Origin: a virus
Taxonomy: Duplodnaviria; Caudoviricetes
Length of the DNA stretch: 64,000 nucleotides
IMG/VR virus record: IMGVR_UViG_3300037424_002485
Location: 24,022-88,021 of that record
Direction: 5' to 3' (one strand)
In this document: positions 37,401 to 47,798 of the stretch, piece by piece
How the letters are laid out: the number at the start of each line of letters is the position of its first letter
How positions within the stretch are numbered: position 1 is the first letter of the stretch
Position numbers and translations under genes: made by a program
Notes under the pieces: model-generated
What the model was told of the DNA's origin: nothing
The model's input: only the letters and a program-made list of their open reading frames with translations
Database searches by the model: none

Positions 37401-38491
37401 TAGTAATCCACCCATGTTATGGCCCCAGGTACGGCAAGCTCATTATATGCAAGGCCGACGTCGGCTGCCGGTAGCGTTATCGCACTATGGTCTTCACCAG
37501 CGGCTTTACTTATCGCCTCGCCCAAATTCGACAAGTACAGCGTGCCGCCGGGCTCGCCTTCGCGCAAGTAGAGGTCAGCGAGTTGCGCCCCGACTTCAGC
37601 CTGCACATCGGCTGTATTCGGTGACAGCCTGACGGTCATATTAACTGCAACTATAGAGGGTGCCGCTATGAATAAGCCAGGCAGCATGGTAACAGGTATG
37701 CCTATCGTCTGTCCACCGCTGTCCGTATGACTGGTTACGTGAGCGAGAACAGCGGCTATTTGTGCGGCCGTCGGCGTTATCGGCGTCTGACCGTCGCAGA
37801 CAAAATATAGGGCGACCGTACCGATACCATTCCATTCAGGCACCGCCCACGCCCGCGTGACACCTGCGACTTCAAGCGTCCATTGTTCGAGATCGTTAGT
37901 GTTACCGCTGTGCGGGGCCAAACGCTTACGCGCGAGTATACGCGCACTATACGCGGTATCAGACTCTTCGTCAACGCCGCCGGCTAAACCCGCTGCTGAT
38001 ATCGCCGTGGAATTTACGAAAGCAATAGGCGACGTAAACGTCAGGACGATACCCGCGCTGTCATTACCCGCACTGCCGACCGCCGTACACGTCACGGCTA
38101 CGTCAATGCTACCCGTCAGGCCTATTGTGGCGTCGGCGTCAGTTGTGTACGTGTTGCCAGCCGCTGACGTCAATTCATTCGCCGCCGGTATCAGTGTGCC
38201 CGCCGTACCCGTTACCGTGATAACGCCATCCGCCGCGGCAGCCGCCTGCCTGATGACGCCGAGTTCAGAACCTATGCGGTCGAGATAAGCGGCGGTCGCC
38301 GACTTCGCAAATAGCTGCCGCGTTATATTGTCAAGATAACCGTAGAGTAGGTGAACGGCGGCGGCGTAAACACGAGCCATAACTTGCAGCACGGATCGCA
38401 TGGCGAGCGTCGTGGCCCCACTTATCTTCGCTACAAAATCCCCGCTAATTCTGTCTATAATATTTTGAAGGCTGGGTCTGTTAAGAGCCAT
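37400..38491 (-). CDS. baseplate J-like protein (Mu gp47)
   Basis: RPSLQ, GTAGTLIP, GGVDEESD, GVTRAW, GTVALY. Confidence 0.9.
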   Translation of the reverse strand: MALNRPSLQNIIDRISGDFVAKISGATTLAMRSVLQVMARVYAAAVHLLYGYLDNITRQLFAKSATAAYLDRIGSELGVIRQAAAAADGVITVTGTAGTLIPAANELTSAAGNTYTTDADATIGLTGSIDVAVTCTAVGSAGNDSAGIVLTFTSPIAFVNSTAISAAGLAGGVDEESDTAYSARILARKRLAPHSGNTNDLEQWTLEVAGVTRAWAVPEWNGIGTVALYFVCDGQTPITPTAAQIAAVLAHVTSHTDSGGQTIGIPVTMLPGLFIAAPSIVAVNMTVRLSPNTADVQAEVGAQLADLYLREGEPGGTLYLSNLGEAISKAAGEDHSAITLPAADVGLAYNELAVPGAITWVDY

Positions 38492-38966
38492 CGATTGTCT
38501 CCTCCCACTCCTGCGCGAACTTATATGTTTCCGTTGTACCGCTTGGCTTCGTTACGACTACGGACAACGTTAACGCCCACGTCTGCGAAGCCAAGAGAAC
38601 GGATTCAACGCTCACCTTAACCGACGCCGCGATACCTTCGTCCACGAGCCATTGCAGAGCCTCTTCGGCGTATCGCTTGGCGGCCGGTACAGTAGCTGCC
38701 GTAGTCTTAGCACGTTCGAGCAACCACAGCCGTGAGCCTATTTGATCACCACGCTTCGCCGTGTTCGTTGCATCCGCCCACCAACCGCGTCGGTCTGTAC
38801 TCCGCGGATCGGGCAGCACGTCGTCGTCTTTGGCGCGGGCGTCGGTAAACAACGATACGATTATCGGCGTCAGCAGTGACCGGTCGGCGACGATGTCATT
38901 GTCGGCAAATGCGAGTTGCGCGTATTCCTCGACGGCATTCCACGTCAGTTTTAAATCAAGGCCCAT
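38481..38966 (-). CDS. baseplate protein Mu gp46-like
   Basis: IVSLFTDARA, RGWWAD, GSRLWLLER, EEALQWLVDEG. Confidence 0.9.
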   Translation of the reverse strand: MGLDLKLTWNAVEEYAQLAFADNDIVADRSLLTPIIVSLFTDARAKDDDVLPDPRSTDRRGWWADATNTAKRGDQIGSRLWLLERAKTTAATVPAAKRYAEEALQWLVDEGIAASVKVSVESVLLASQTWALTLSVVVTKPSGTTETYKFAQEWEETIDGS

Positions 38967-38969
38967 AAT

Positions 38970-39551
38970 TTATCCTATCTGCGCCTTTACATTAGCCGCG
39001 CTATCAACACCAACGGTTAATTGTAAATCCGGTATAAGATTAGGAGCGGGGTGTTTGTGCCCATTGTATTTCACGATCATAGATTCCACCATAACAGCGA
39101 GGCCGCCGACATCTTTTAAATTAACGTTACCCGTAAGTGTTATATCCGATCCTGTAATTTGCACTGAATTCGCTCCTGCGTCAATTAAAACGCTGCCGTC
39201 GGCTTTTAAATATATTTTCTGGCCGAATTTAGAGTACATCTGCGTTTCACCGGCTTGCAAATCCTTCGGTCTTAATTCCCGATTATGTACGCAAGCGATC
39301 AATCCTGTGTTTTTATTCCCGCTTATGCTCAGTACAAGGCATTCGTTATTTGTATCGCCGGGGTCCGGGTATGTTTCAAAACCGTACTCCTGCATACGCG
39401 GCATATCGTCATAGGTTTCATCAAATATTTGAATTTGGAGTTTCTGTGTCTTCTCATTATTATTGATTGCCGTGAGTATGGCCACGCCTATTAATAATGA
39501 AATTTTATCCTGCAAAGGTTTTAAAAATCGAAACAATTCCGATATGTTCAT
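38970..39551 (-). CDS. baseplate spike (Mu gp45/gpV-like)
   Basis: MQEYGF, LQAGETQMY, KYNGHKH iron-binding tip. Confidence 0.85.
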   Translation of the reverse strand: MNISELFRFLKPLQDKISLLIGVAILTAINNNEKTQKLQIQIFDETYDDMPRMQEYGFETYPDPGDTNNECLVLSISGNKNTGLIACVHNRELRPKDLQAGETQMYSKFGQKIYLKADGSVLIDAGANSVQITGSDITLTGNVNLKDVGGLAVMVESMIVKYNGHKHPAPNLIPDLQLTVGVDSAANVKAQIG

Positions 39552-40654
39552 TCTTTCCTCGTATCGAATATAGTCTTCATTTTTTCGAGCTGGGCGAACG
39601 CCTTGTACTTCTCCGGGCTGCATACTTGTAAAATGGATACCGTACCCTGCGACGTCTGCTTATACTCGACAGCGTTAATTAAAAACGTGCCCTTTATATT
39701 AAGTTTGACATTAGGTATACCAAACGTCGGGTCGTCTATCTGTACGAGAGTATTTGGCTTCCACAACGTTTTGCCATCAGACTGCGTCCACCCCTGCACG
39801 GTGTATCCGTAGAGCCGAGAATTAGCAGCTCTGTATTTCGCCTCCCATTGTGCGCGGCCTTTACACCCGGCTATATCAACGTCGGTCTGAGCCACTGACG
39901 CCATCGGTCTATATCTCAATTCGTTTATTTCGGGATCGACAAACCTGCTGTTATTTTTCACCCAATCGTTAGGGGTTTTAGAATCATTAACTATACCAAT
40001 ACCTTTGACGTAATAATGACTGAAACGTTCTTTATTCGACTGTTTAAGAGCCCCTGTTAATATATTCACGCCGCGTTTTAGCACGTCAATATTCACTATA
40101 GTTCCTGTTTGAGTAAGTAATAAATTACCGTCTTCAGTAGACATAGGGAACACTTCAAAAATCTTAGTGAGCATCAAAATCTTCTCGATTATAGGCGAGC
40201 CGACGTCAAACTTAATTGCTTTATGTAAACCCCTACCCATCGCAGCTGTCGCGTTAGGCGACACCGAAACAGTTATTCCGTGTGGACGGCATAATTCTTT
40301 TATCACGCTAAGGACTGATACATCAGACCAAGACGTAGCCCCTGACACCCGCGAGCAATCTACGAGGTCTGCGGTTTTATCGCGACCGGCGACCGTAACC
40401 GTATGACTGTCTTTATTGTAGTCGATATTTATGTCTTCAATATAACCGGTACTAACGAGCGTATCGGCTACGTACACCGTACACTCAGCGCCCATCTGTA
40501 TCGGCCACGCCTGCGGGTCAAACGGGGTGTCTTGTGTCGTCGTAAAATCAAATGACGAACACATCTGATCAAGGCTGCGAGTAACTTTAATGTTATCCCA
40601 GTCTTTGTTAAAATCTTTACCGTTTATTTTTAGTGAAATCAAATCTTTACTCAC
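39548..40654 (-). CDS. baseplate hub (Mu gpP/gp44-like)
   Basis: WDNIKVTRSLD, AGRDKTADLVDCS, ERFSHY, VQGWTQ, LWKPN. Confidence 0.9.
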   Translation of the reverse strand: MSKDLISLKINGKDFNKDWDNIKVTRSLDQMCSSFDFTTTQDTPFDPQAWPIQMGAECTVYVADTLVSTGYIEDINIDYNKDSHTVTVAGRDKTADLVDCSRVSGATSWSDVSVLSVIKELCRPHGITVSVSPNATAAMGRGLHKAIKFDVGSPIIEKILMLTKIFEVFPMSTEDGNLLLTQTGTIVNIDVLKRGVNILTGALKQSNKERFSHYYVKGIGIVNDSKTPNDWVKNNSRFVDPEINELRYRPMASVAQTDVDIAGCKGRAQWEAKYRAANSRLYGYTVQGWTQSDGKTLWKPNTLVQIDDPTFGIPNVKLNIKGTFLINAVEYKQTSQGTVSILQVCSPEKYKAFAQLEKMKTIFDTRKE

Positions 40655-41975
40655 TGAGCACCTTTAGCTGACCGCCTGCTGTCGGAAAGCCGGGGTGAAG
40701 CATCGCCGCCGGGTTCCTGTCGATTATTTCCTGCTCCCTGCCGATATCTTTGTAGACAGCGTATGCTATCTTCACGCTCGGGTTTACGTCACCGGTGAGC
40801 GCGTAGTCACGGACTACGGGGAGATTAGCGCCTTTCGCCAACATCATCTGCGCGATAAATGGCTTCATTGTTTTCACGAGATCGAATAGCACGTCATCTT
40901 TTGAATTCGATCCTATCCAATCAAGCGTATCATCAGCTGCCGTCATCAAATCCATAAGCATGGCAAACGCGTCCTCGTAGCTGGCGTAATCCGCGTATGC
41001 CGCCAACCGTACGGCCTCGGCGAGACTGCCGACACGAACGGCCCCGATTAACGCGTTACGACTGACGAGTTGTGCGGCGCGCGTATCCGTTGTCGCCGGA
41101 ATAATCGGAAGGTCGTCGCCAAACGTCTTTAGGCTGAGAACCGCCTTGACATGGGACGTATTATACTTGCTCATGTTCGGAATGAAATTTGTATACGTCC
41201 GCAATGTGTTTTTGATGGCCGCCGCCAGTTCGAGCGGAAAATTTATAATACGCTGTGCGGTTCCGCTGATTACGGCGACCGCCGTCTGTACTTGCGATAT
41301 ATCGGCGATAACTTCGGTTTGAATAGCGGTGAATGTCGAGTATACTTTGTCAAAAAGCGATTTGGCGTCATCATACTTACCAACCATATAATTAACGGCT
41401 TCCGTCAACCAACTGTCTGCGAGTTCTTGTTCGAGTTCGTCGCCAACGTCGTCGGCGAGGCTGTCTGCTGCGCCTTCTTGATCAACAACTGCGGTCGGTT
41501 GCGCGGATTGACCGGCATCCACGAACGTCATGGTGAACCGAGCAACGCCGCCTTCAGCGAAAGATTCATCTACCTTATACTTACCGAGCAGGCCGACATT
41601 CAGCTCATCATAAAACGGATGGATAAGCGTACCCGAACCATATGCATCAAGTGCCGCGATGAGTGCGTCGCGCTCATCAAAATAATCAAAATCATTATCG
41701 TAATTTTGAACGATGTATCCGCTGATATGAAACACGCCGGCTTCGCTACCCATATCTTCGAGGTAAGGTATTTCACTAAACGGGTATTGATGGAGAACTG
41801 CCCGCCGTCCGCCTTCAACCCCGGATGTTAGCAGATGGAATTTGGCACCGCGAAATGAAGCCGGTTGCAATCGGTCGCGCCAATTTCCCCACACGACAGG
41901 ATTAGCTACCATCCGAACGGCGCCTTCTTTTATTTGCTGATTTTTATTTCCTGATTTTGGCGATAGTATTGACAT
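40647..41975 (-). CDS. DNA circularisation/tail protein (Mu gpN-like)
   Basis: WRDRLQPASFRGAKF, HQYP..EDMG, GSGTLIHP, N..MLHPGF. Confidence 0.9.
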   Translation of the reverse strand: MSILSPKSGNKNQQIKEGAVRMVANPVVWGNWRDRLQPASFRGAKFHLLTSGVEGGRRAVLHQYPFSEIPYLEDMGSEAGVFHISGYIVQNYDNDFDYFDERDALIAALDAYGSGTLIHPFYDELNVGLLGKYKVDESFAEGGVARFTMTFVDAGQSAQPTAVVDQEGAADSLADDVGDELEQELADSWLTEAVNYMVGKYDDAKSLFDKVYSTFTAIQTEVIADISQVQTAVAVISGTAQRIINFPLELAAAIKNTLRTYTNFIPNMSKYNTSHVKAVLSLKTFGDDLPIIPATTDTRAAQLVSRNALIGAVRVGSLAEAVRLAAYADYASYEDAFAMLMDLMTAADDTLDWIGSNSKDDVLFDLVKTMKPFIAQMMLAKGANLPVVRDYALTGDVNPSVKIAYAVYKDIGREQEIIDRNPAAMLHPGFPTAGGQLKVLSE

Positions 41976-41978
41976 AAT

Positions 41979-43598
41979 TTAATATGCGAATTGCCCCATG
42001 TATGCGTCATTATTTACATCCACCTTGGCGTTACCTTCTTTATTATTCACGCCGCCCGCTCTCAATCCCTTATCTAATTTAATGAGCACTTCGGTTGAAT
42101 TACGCGTCTGCATCATACCTGGCGCTTGTGACGAATGCGTGGTGTCGTACAGCCAGTTACCGAGACCCCCTTTTTCACCAAACCCTTTATCGATTAATGA
42201 ATTCAAATATGAGCCGAGCGCGTACGCAGCTGTTGCAACAGCCATAACTTTAGCGAGCGGTGATAATATCGACATGATAACTTTCGCAAAACCAATAAAC
42301 AACCCGCTCAGAGCAGGCAGCGCCCCGCCTATCCCCGCTAATATCGGTCCTATCTTTCCGATGAGTATGAGTAACGGCCCGAGCGTAGCGACAAGAGCGA
42401 GCACAGAAACGACCGTAGCGCTCATCCAAGCCGGCATTTGTGCGACCGTGGCGAGTAAACTATTCAACACATCAAGAATAAATTTCGCCGCCGGAGCAAG
42501 CACGGATCCTAATACCGTGGATACTTTGTTTAAATTTATCCCGAAATTTGACCACTTAGTGTCAAGGGTCTCCATTTTCTCCGCGTATTCTTTTTGAATC
42601 GACCCGCCGTGTTCCAACTCGTTATGTACTATTTTCTGCATCCTCGCATATACTTCCGCGGCGTTTGCGCTTTTTCCGAGAAAACCCAAAATCTTATTCG
42701 AATCTAAGCCGAGCCATGCCAATTCTTTTGCTCCGGTAAACCCGCCGACTTTATCTTTATACTCTTTCATACCCTTCAACCACTTCATGAACGCTTCTTC
42801 GGGATGCGATTTAAACATATCGGCGAATTGACCGCCGGTCATACCCGCGCGTTCACCGAGTAGACCTAATTCCGGCCCCATCTCACCCACTATACTCGCC
42901 ATTTTTTGAAGAGTGTTAGTTACTACGGGGCCGTTACTCTGCCCAAATGAAAGCGCAAAAGCGCCGAGCGTATATAAACCTTGATTTGTAAATTCGGTAG
43001 TAAACGTCAACTGACCGAGTTGACGTACCATCTCGGCAATCTCAGCTCCCGTAGCGTTCGTGTTATCATGGACTGCGTTGAGCATAGCCACATGCATACC
43101 GAATTCTTTTTCCGAAGCGCCCACTGCTCTCGTTAGTTCAAAAAAGTTTTTCACACCCTCCGCGCCGGTAAGTGATGGCATAAGTACACCCATTTTTGCC
43201 ATGAGTTTGGTTACGCCTTCAATGTCCTTTACGCCGCCCTTTGATACCGCCGTCCCTAATTCGAGCATTGCTTCGACGCCTACCGCAGCGCCCGTACCGG
43301 CGAAAGCCGTAAACTCTTTCGTTAATCTACTCAACTCATCCGCTGTTCCAGAAAACGAATGTTTAAACTCCAGAGCAGCATCTTCAAACTTAGCAGCCGA
43401 GTGCAGAGACGCAACGCCTAAAGCAGTGAGAGGTATAGTCACATACTTAGTCATAGACGCACCGACTTCGCGTAAACCCTTTGTCGAAGCCATCGCCTTA
43501 TCGTGCACTTTCGTAAAAGCGTCGGACACTTTATTCAGCGGTGCGCTGAGTTCGTCAACCAGCTTTAGCAAAACACTTAGGCTAAATTGCTCACCCAT
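41979..43598 (-). CDS. tape measure protein
   Basis: 539 aa, helical, hydrophobic C-terminal third; follows the chaperone. Confidence 0.85.
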   Translation of the reverse strand: MGEQFSLSVLLKLVDELSAPLNKVSDAFTKVHDKAMASTKGLREVGASMTKYVTIPLTALGVASLHSAAKFEDAALEFKHSFSGTADELSRLTKEFTAFAGTGAAVGVEAMLELGTAVSKGGVKDIEGVTKLMAKMGVLMPSLTGAEGVKNFFELTRAVGASEKEFGMHVAMLNAVHDNTNATGAEIAEMVRQLGQLTFTTEFTNQGLYTLGAFALSFGQSNGPVVTNTLQKMASIVGEMGPELGLLGERAGMTGGQFADMFKSHPEEAFMKWLKGMKEYKDKVGGFTGAKELAWLGLDSNKILGFLGKSANAAEVYARMQKIVHNELEHGGSIQKEYAEKMETLDTKWSNFGINLNKVSTVLGSVLAPAAKFILDVLNSLLATVAQMPAWMSATVVSVLALVATLGPLLILIGKIGPILAGIGGALPALSGLFIGFAKVIMSILSPLAKVMAVATAAYALGSYLNSLIDKGFGEKGGLGNWLYDTTHSSQAPGMMQTRNSTEVLIKLDKGLRAGGVNNKEGNAKVDVNNDAYMGQFAY

Positions 43599-43752
43599 TG
43601 TTCATCTGCTCCCGGAGCCAACCGGCCCCTTCATCCCAAAATAATAATTCGTCGGCCGTCATATTCATGAGTTCCGACGGCGGGAAGTGGTAAGCGGCTG
43701 CGATTCCCCAGACGAGATGCCGCCAGTTCCCAGGAATCCGCTCAAGAAATTT
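43591..43752 (-). CDS. -1 frameshift extension of the tail assembly chaperone (P2 gpE'-like)
   Basis: -1 frame open from the slippery site to TGA 43591: ..WRHLVWGIAAAYHFPPSELMNMTADELLFWD.. Confidence 0.8.
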   Translation of the reverse strand, partial: KFLERIPGNWRHLVWGIAAAYHFPPSELMNMTADELLFWDEGAGWLREQMNNG

Positions 43753-44009
43753 GCAAGCTCCTTCACAATGTTCATTAAGTCTTCGGCGTCAATCTCATCC
43801 GTCTGTTCTTTCGTCAGCCCCGTCAGCGAAGCTACAAGCGGCAACATAATCGTTGCGTTTTTCCGCGCCTCCGCTTCATCGCTGGGTAAAAATTGAAAAT
43901 CCTTGGCACGCATACGGCGCAACGTGACCGACGTGATTTGTTGTCGTGCGCCGCCAGCGCCTTCCACGTCGATCGGATACTGTAACAGTATTTCTTTTAG
44001 CGTTTGCAT
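43665..44009 (-). CDS. tail assembly chaperone (Mu gp41/P2 gpE-like)
   Basis: LQYPI, VTLRRMRAKD, DEIDAEDL; contains A-AAT-TTC. Confidence 0.85.
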   Translation of the reverse strand: MQTLKEILLQYPIDVEGAGGARQQITSVTLRRMRAKDFQFLPSDEAEARKNATIMLPLVASLTGLTKEQTDEIDAEDLMNIVKELANFLSGFLGTGGISSGESQPLTTSRRRNS

Positions 44010-44021
44010 TCTATTCTCCCC

Positions 44022-44417
44022 TTACGTACTCGAAGTCGTTTCCGTCCAGAATGGTCCAATGAAAGCAACGTCTACGTCACCTTCACCTGCCGTCAGCTTG
44101 AGCGCACCCTCACACGTCGCGTTGTGCATAGTGTAAACTTTGCCGCCGTTTGCCGCTCGAAACACCACAGTGCCGTCACTGTTAATAGCAGCCATCGTTG
44201 ACAGGTTTATGTCATCGCGGTCAGTTATTTTCCCCGAACACCGTGCCGGCTGAATCTCTTCTTTGTAACCGTGGAGACCACCGTCTCCTACGATAGGCGT
44301 GCGCTTCACGGCGGGCTTACCGGACTCGCCGATATTTTCCGCCGTCCACCCCGACTTGTTCAAAACAGTCACGCCGTTGACAAGCACTTCTACGCGGCCC
44401 GTAACTTTCGTCGCCAT
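44022..44417 (-). CDS. tail tube protein (Mu gpM-like)
   Basis: VTGRVEV, G..GYKE, NGGKVYT, GEGDVDVAF. Confidence 0.85.
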   Translation of the reverse strand: MATKVTGRVEVLVNGVTVLNKSGWTAENIGESGKPAVKRTPIVGDGGLHGYKEEIQPARCSGKITDRDDINLSTMAAINSDGTVVFRAANGGKVYTMHNATCEGALKLTAGEGDVDVAFIGPFWTETTSST

Positions 44418-44471
44418 TTTCTGTCCTCCTTTTTCAAACTGTGATTACATCTGTACCCATATCCTCACGTA

Positions 44472-45974
44472 TCAAAGCAAAAATTGTAATGTTCCTGCAA
44501 GGATGCGGAATTGGTTCACGAGGTCGGGCGGCAGCAACACGTTTACTCGATTCACGTCGACGGCATCGCGCTCGACAACGATATTCGTAATGAAGTCGTC
44601 GAGATTCTCAATGAGGCCGGCATCGCGGAGCAAAGTGAATACTGCGATCGACTCCGATCGGACGTCCTTCGGCCTGGCGATCTTCGCACCCGGTGCTATC
44701 GGCGTACTGTCGTCCGCCAATTTAAAGCGGGGCAGTATAAATCGCGTAACCATGCGAGACTTATACTGATAGCGTATTTCCAAAATAGTGAACATCGTTT
44801 CGATGTCCAGATATGAAGGATCAGCGATACCCGCTGCATTCGTCCGATACGTCGTTATACTTCGCTCGATCACTGCGTTACCGTTAGCGTCTACCAGCCA
44901 CGTCGCTATTCCGTCGTACAGCAGCAAATCGCGCTCGGCCCGCGTAAAGCGACTCGCCGATTTTGCCGACGGCGGTATAACACCGGCGAGCGTGAGATAA
45001 TGAACGGGGCGCGCCGGATCGTTGTTGAGATTGTATGAGCACTGTGCCGCCCATGCAGCTGCCCATTCCTCGGGAGGTGTCGGGCTGTCATAAGCACCGG
45101 CGATAGTCTGAAACGGGCTATTACGAGACAGCCCGACGGCGGCGCAACTCGCAAACGTGCCCTTAGCAGCCGTATAAGCGTAGCCCTGTAAATCCACCTG
45201 CGGGCTATATCTCGTATTGAGTTCGCCTTCGACGGCCGCAAGATTTGTGGCATCGGTATACGGATGCACGACGTGATGATACTGTTCGCCATCTATGACC
45301 GCCCACACGTCGGCTGTCGTCGGGTTATTTGTGCCGCCCGCGAGGGTTGATAACACATACGTGACGCCTGCCGGGTTCGTTTGACCCTCGTAAAAGTTTG
45401 TGCGTACGTCCAGATAATTTCCGAACTCGCCGCTGCCGACCGCGTACAAAAATAACCGCGTCGATAGAGTCAGAACGGACATGGTGCCCGTGCTACCGGA
45501 CATACGTACGCAAAGGTTGGTGTTTGCGTTCACATCACTTTTTACCGCGCTGCAAATATCGACTGCCGACCATCCGCTGGTAACGGGTGTTTGAATCTGC
45601 ACGCCGCCGATCATCAAATATACGGTACCGTTTGTCGTCGCCGAACCGGCCACACTCAACGCACCGGATGCCCGCGTAGCTGCTGCGGCTTCGCTGACAG
45701 CAATCGCCCACATTTCGGTATTCGGATTACCGCGTCTGAATGCATTTACCATACGCGTGAGATTTGCGCCCGGCGCGAAGTAACCCTCGGCGAGGCCGTC
45801 GCGCGTAATCTGTTGCAGCGTGAGAGCGGACGCTGTACCCGTCGATTCTTTCTGACCGATGATCAGTACCCTGTGCGGATTCGGCAGCAACCCTTTCAGC
45901 GCCTTCGAGTTGTCCACTTCCAGATAAACGCCTGGCGTCCGCTGGGTAGTGGGGATGTTATTGAACGTTATCAT
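44472..45974 (-). CDS. contractile tail sheath (Mu gpL-like)
   Basis: ITFNNIP..RTPGVYLEVD, LLYDGIAT, YLDIET, PPDLVNQFRI. Confidence 0.92.
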   Translation of the reverse strand: MITFNNIPTTQRTPGVYLEVDNSKALKGLLPNPHRVLIIGQKESTGTASALTLQQITRDGLAEGYFAPGANLTRMVNAFRRGNPNTEMWAIAVSEAAAATRASGALSVAGSATTNGTVYLMIGGVQIQTPVTSGWSAVDICSAVKSDVNANTNLCVRMSGSTGTMSVLTLSTRLFLYAVGSGEFGNYLDVRTNFYEGQTNPAGVTYVLSTLAGGTNNPTTADVWAVIDGEQYHHVVHPYTDATNLAAVEGELNTRYSPQVDLQGYAYTAAKGTFASCAAVGLSRNSPFQTIAGAYDSPTPPEEWAAAWAAQCSYNLNNDPARPVHYLTLAGVIPPSAKSASRFTRAERDLLLYDGIATWLVDANGNAVIERSITTYRTNAAGIADPSYLDIETMFTILEIRYQYKSRMVTRFILPRFKLADDSTPIAPGAKIARPKDVRSESIAVFTLLRDAGLIENLDDFITNIVVERDAVDVNRVNVLLPPDLVNQFRILAGTLQFLL

Positions 45975-45977
45975 TCT

Positions 45978-46190
45978 TTACGCCCTCCTTGTCGTGGCCC
46001 TTACTACAGGCTCCGTATTTTCTTCACTCGCCGCGGCAACGCCCGCCTTCACCGAACCGTCGGCGAGTCGGCGTCGCCAATATGTATCCAAAACCACATC
46101 GGCCCCGGCAGGCGGTAAATGCGTGTTTGTCCCCGGCATCCTGACGAGACTGCCGTCCACCGGAATTATATGTACTATTTGATTCGCCAT
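45978..46190 (-). CDS. DUF2635/Mu gp38-like protein
   Basis: PVDGSLVRMP, YWRRRLADGSV. Confidence 0.8.
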   Translation of the reverse strand: MANQIVHIIPVDGSLVRMPGTNTHLPPAGADVVLDTYWRRRLADGSVKAGVAAASEENTEPVVRATTRRA

Positions 46191-46201
46191 TACATCCTCC
46201 T

Positions 46202-46873
46202 TTATTCGGCTTCTGTTTCCAGCGTATCGTACGGCAGGCCAAAGCCAGAGCCGAACGGATAGTGTAAATCTATGACGTCAGCGAGCCGCGGAGCGACAAG
46301 CGCCGTTGGCAGCTGCGGGGCCGTTCCCGTCAACGGTAGTATAGCCTTCTCTTCGCTGCCGACGAGCCACTGTGTATATACCTTGAGGAAGTCATCGTAC
46401 GGACCGAGCGCGGGCGATACGCCGTCGGCGTCGCTTATATCGGTCTCGCATTGAAACTCGTAGAGATACCAGAGATAGGCGGGATTCGCATCCACCAGTC
46501 TGCCGCCCATATAATATACGGGCATCGACGTGGACGGTATCAACCAGCCGAGTACAGCCGCGAATAATTCGGCGCGCACGCTGTCGTGAACATCAAACGC
46601 AGCCGTCCCTAATTTCTCTGTTGCCGCGCCGTCATTTTTTATCGCCGTCAATATGCCAAACCGCTCCATCACCTTCTGATTGATACCGTTGTCATAAGTA
46701 TTCGGCGCACAGCCTTCGGCCAACGGTATGACAAATGCCGACTCAGCTTTCAACGGGCTACCGTTCTCCTGTGTGAATTCCATGGCGAGAGGCAGTTCGG
46801 CCGTGCCGAATACTCTGTTGGCGAAGCGAGTATTCGCTGCGCGTATTTTTATTGCAACTGGGCCTAAAATCAT
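46202..46873 (-). CDS. tail terminator (Mu gp37-like)
   Basis: FANRVFG, ESAFVIP, GGRLVD..LWYLYEF. Confidence 0.7.
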   Translation of the reverse strand: MILGPVAIKIRAANTRFANRVFGTAELPLAMEFTQENGSPLKAESAFVIPLAEGCAPNTYDNGINQKVMERFGILTAIKNDGAATEKLGTAAFDVHDSVRAELFAAVLGWLIPSTSMPVYYMGGRLVDANPAYLWYLYEFQCETDISDADGVSPALGPYDDFLKVYTQWLVGSEEKAILPLTGTAPQLPTALVAPRLADVIDLHYPFGSGFGLPYDTLETEAE

Positions 46874-47388
46874 CTGTGCATCTCCTCAGCGATATCATTC
46901 AAAACCCGCCTGACATTATCGCGTATACCGGGTTCGTGCTTCTTAAACGCGGGTTCAAGCCAGGGACGCGCTTCCAACCTAGTTTTCGGCGAACCCTTCT
47001 CCAGAAATATCGGATACGGCGGATTCGTTATAATGCTTCCGACTTCGACTTCAGTGAAACGAGCGTCTGCGATAATCGATCGCAGTAGAGCGCCGGTATC
47101 GACGGCTGGCGGATTACCCGGCGATGACGCACGGTACATCACCGGTTTACCTTTTTTACTATACCCGCGCGAATACAACCGGCCCGACTTCGGCGTGTTC
47201 CGCGTGTTCCGCATGGACAAAATAATCTCATTGCGTATTTCGTTGGCGCCAGCCACCAGCTCTGCCATTATACGGTGCCCAGCTTCGCGCCCGTATTTGC
47301 CGACGATATTTTTACCGGCCTCGCCGAATGTGATTTCTCTGCCGGCAAAATCTTGTATGCGTGATGTCAGCGGCATTAAATTACTCAC
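46870..47388 (-). CDS. HK97 gp10-like tail completion protein
   Basis: ASSPGNPPAVDTGALLRSI, LEKGS, ARPWLEPA. Confidence 0.8.
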   Translation of the reverse strand: MSNLMPLTSRIQDFAGREITFGEAGKNIVGKYGREAGHRIMAELVAGANEIRNEIILSMRNTRNTPKSGRLYSRGYSKKGKPVMYRASSPGNPPAVDTGALLRSIIADARFTEVEVGSIITNPPYPIFLEKGSPKTRLEARPWLEPAFKKHEPGIRDNVRRVLNDIAEEMHR

Positions 47389-47798
47389 GAGACGACTCCC
47401 TTCAGCGTGTCGAGCTGGCCCATTTCCTTCGCCAGTATCTCGACGTACTCATCGGCTTCCCTGACGTTACGCGCCGTTATTATCTTGAACAGCCTGCCGA
47501 CCGAATCCGAATTTCGGCTGAGCAAAAATATGAAATTGTCAGCGCGCACATAGCCTCCGCCTTCACTTGTCATGCCGATCATCAGGCAATAGCGTACGGT
47601 GAACTTATGCGTGGGCGTGTCCTTAATCTGCACGTTGCGGATATATGCGGCAGCCGCTGATTCACTCAGCTGCGCGACGCCCGCCCAAACCTTAACGAGC
47701 GGTTTATACGTTTGCGTGCTGCCGCCCGCCGAGTTCGGTATTTGTTCGCCGCGCATAAACTGTATGCGTCTCGATAATTTGTCCACCAGCCACGTCAT
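47385..47798 (-). CDS. head closure/head-tail adaptor
   Basis: LSRRIQF, VWAGV, THKFTVRY, GRLFKI. Confidence 0.8.
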   Translation of the reverse strand: MTWLVDKLSRRIQFMRGEQIPNSAGGSTQTYKPLVKVWAGVAQLSESAAAAYIRNVQIKDTPTHKFTVRYCLMIGMTSEGGGYVRADNFIFLLSRNSDSVGRLFKIITARNVREADEYVEILAKEMGQLDTLKGVVS

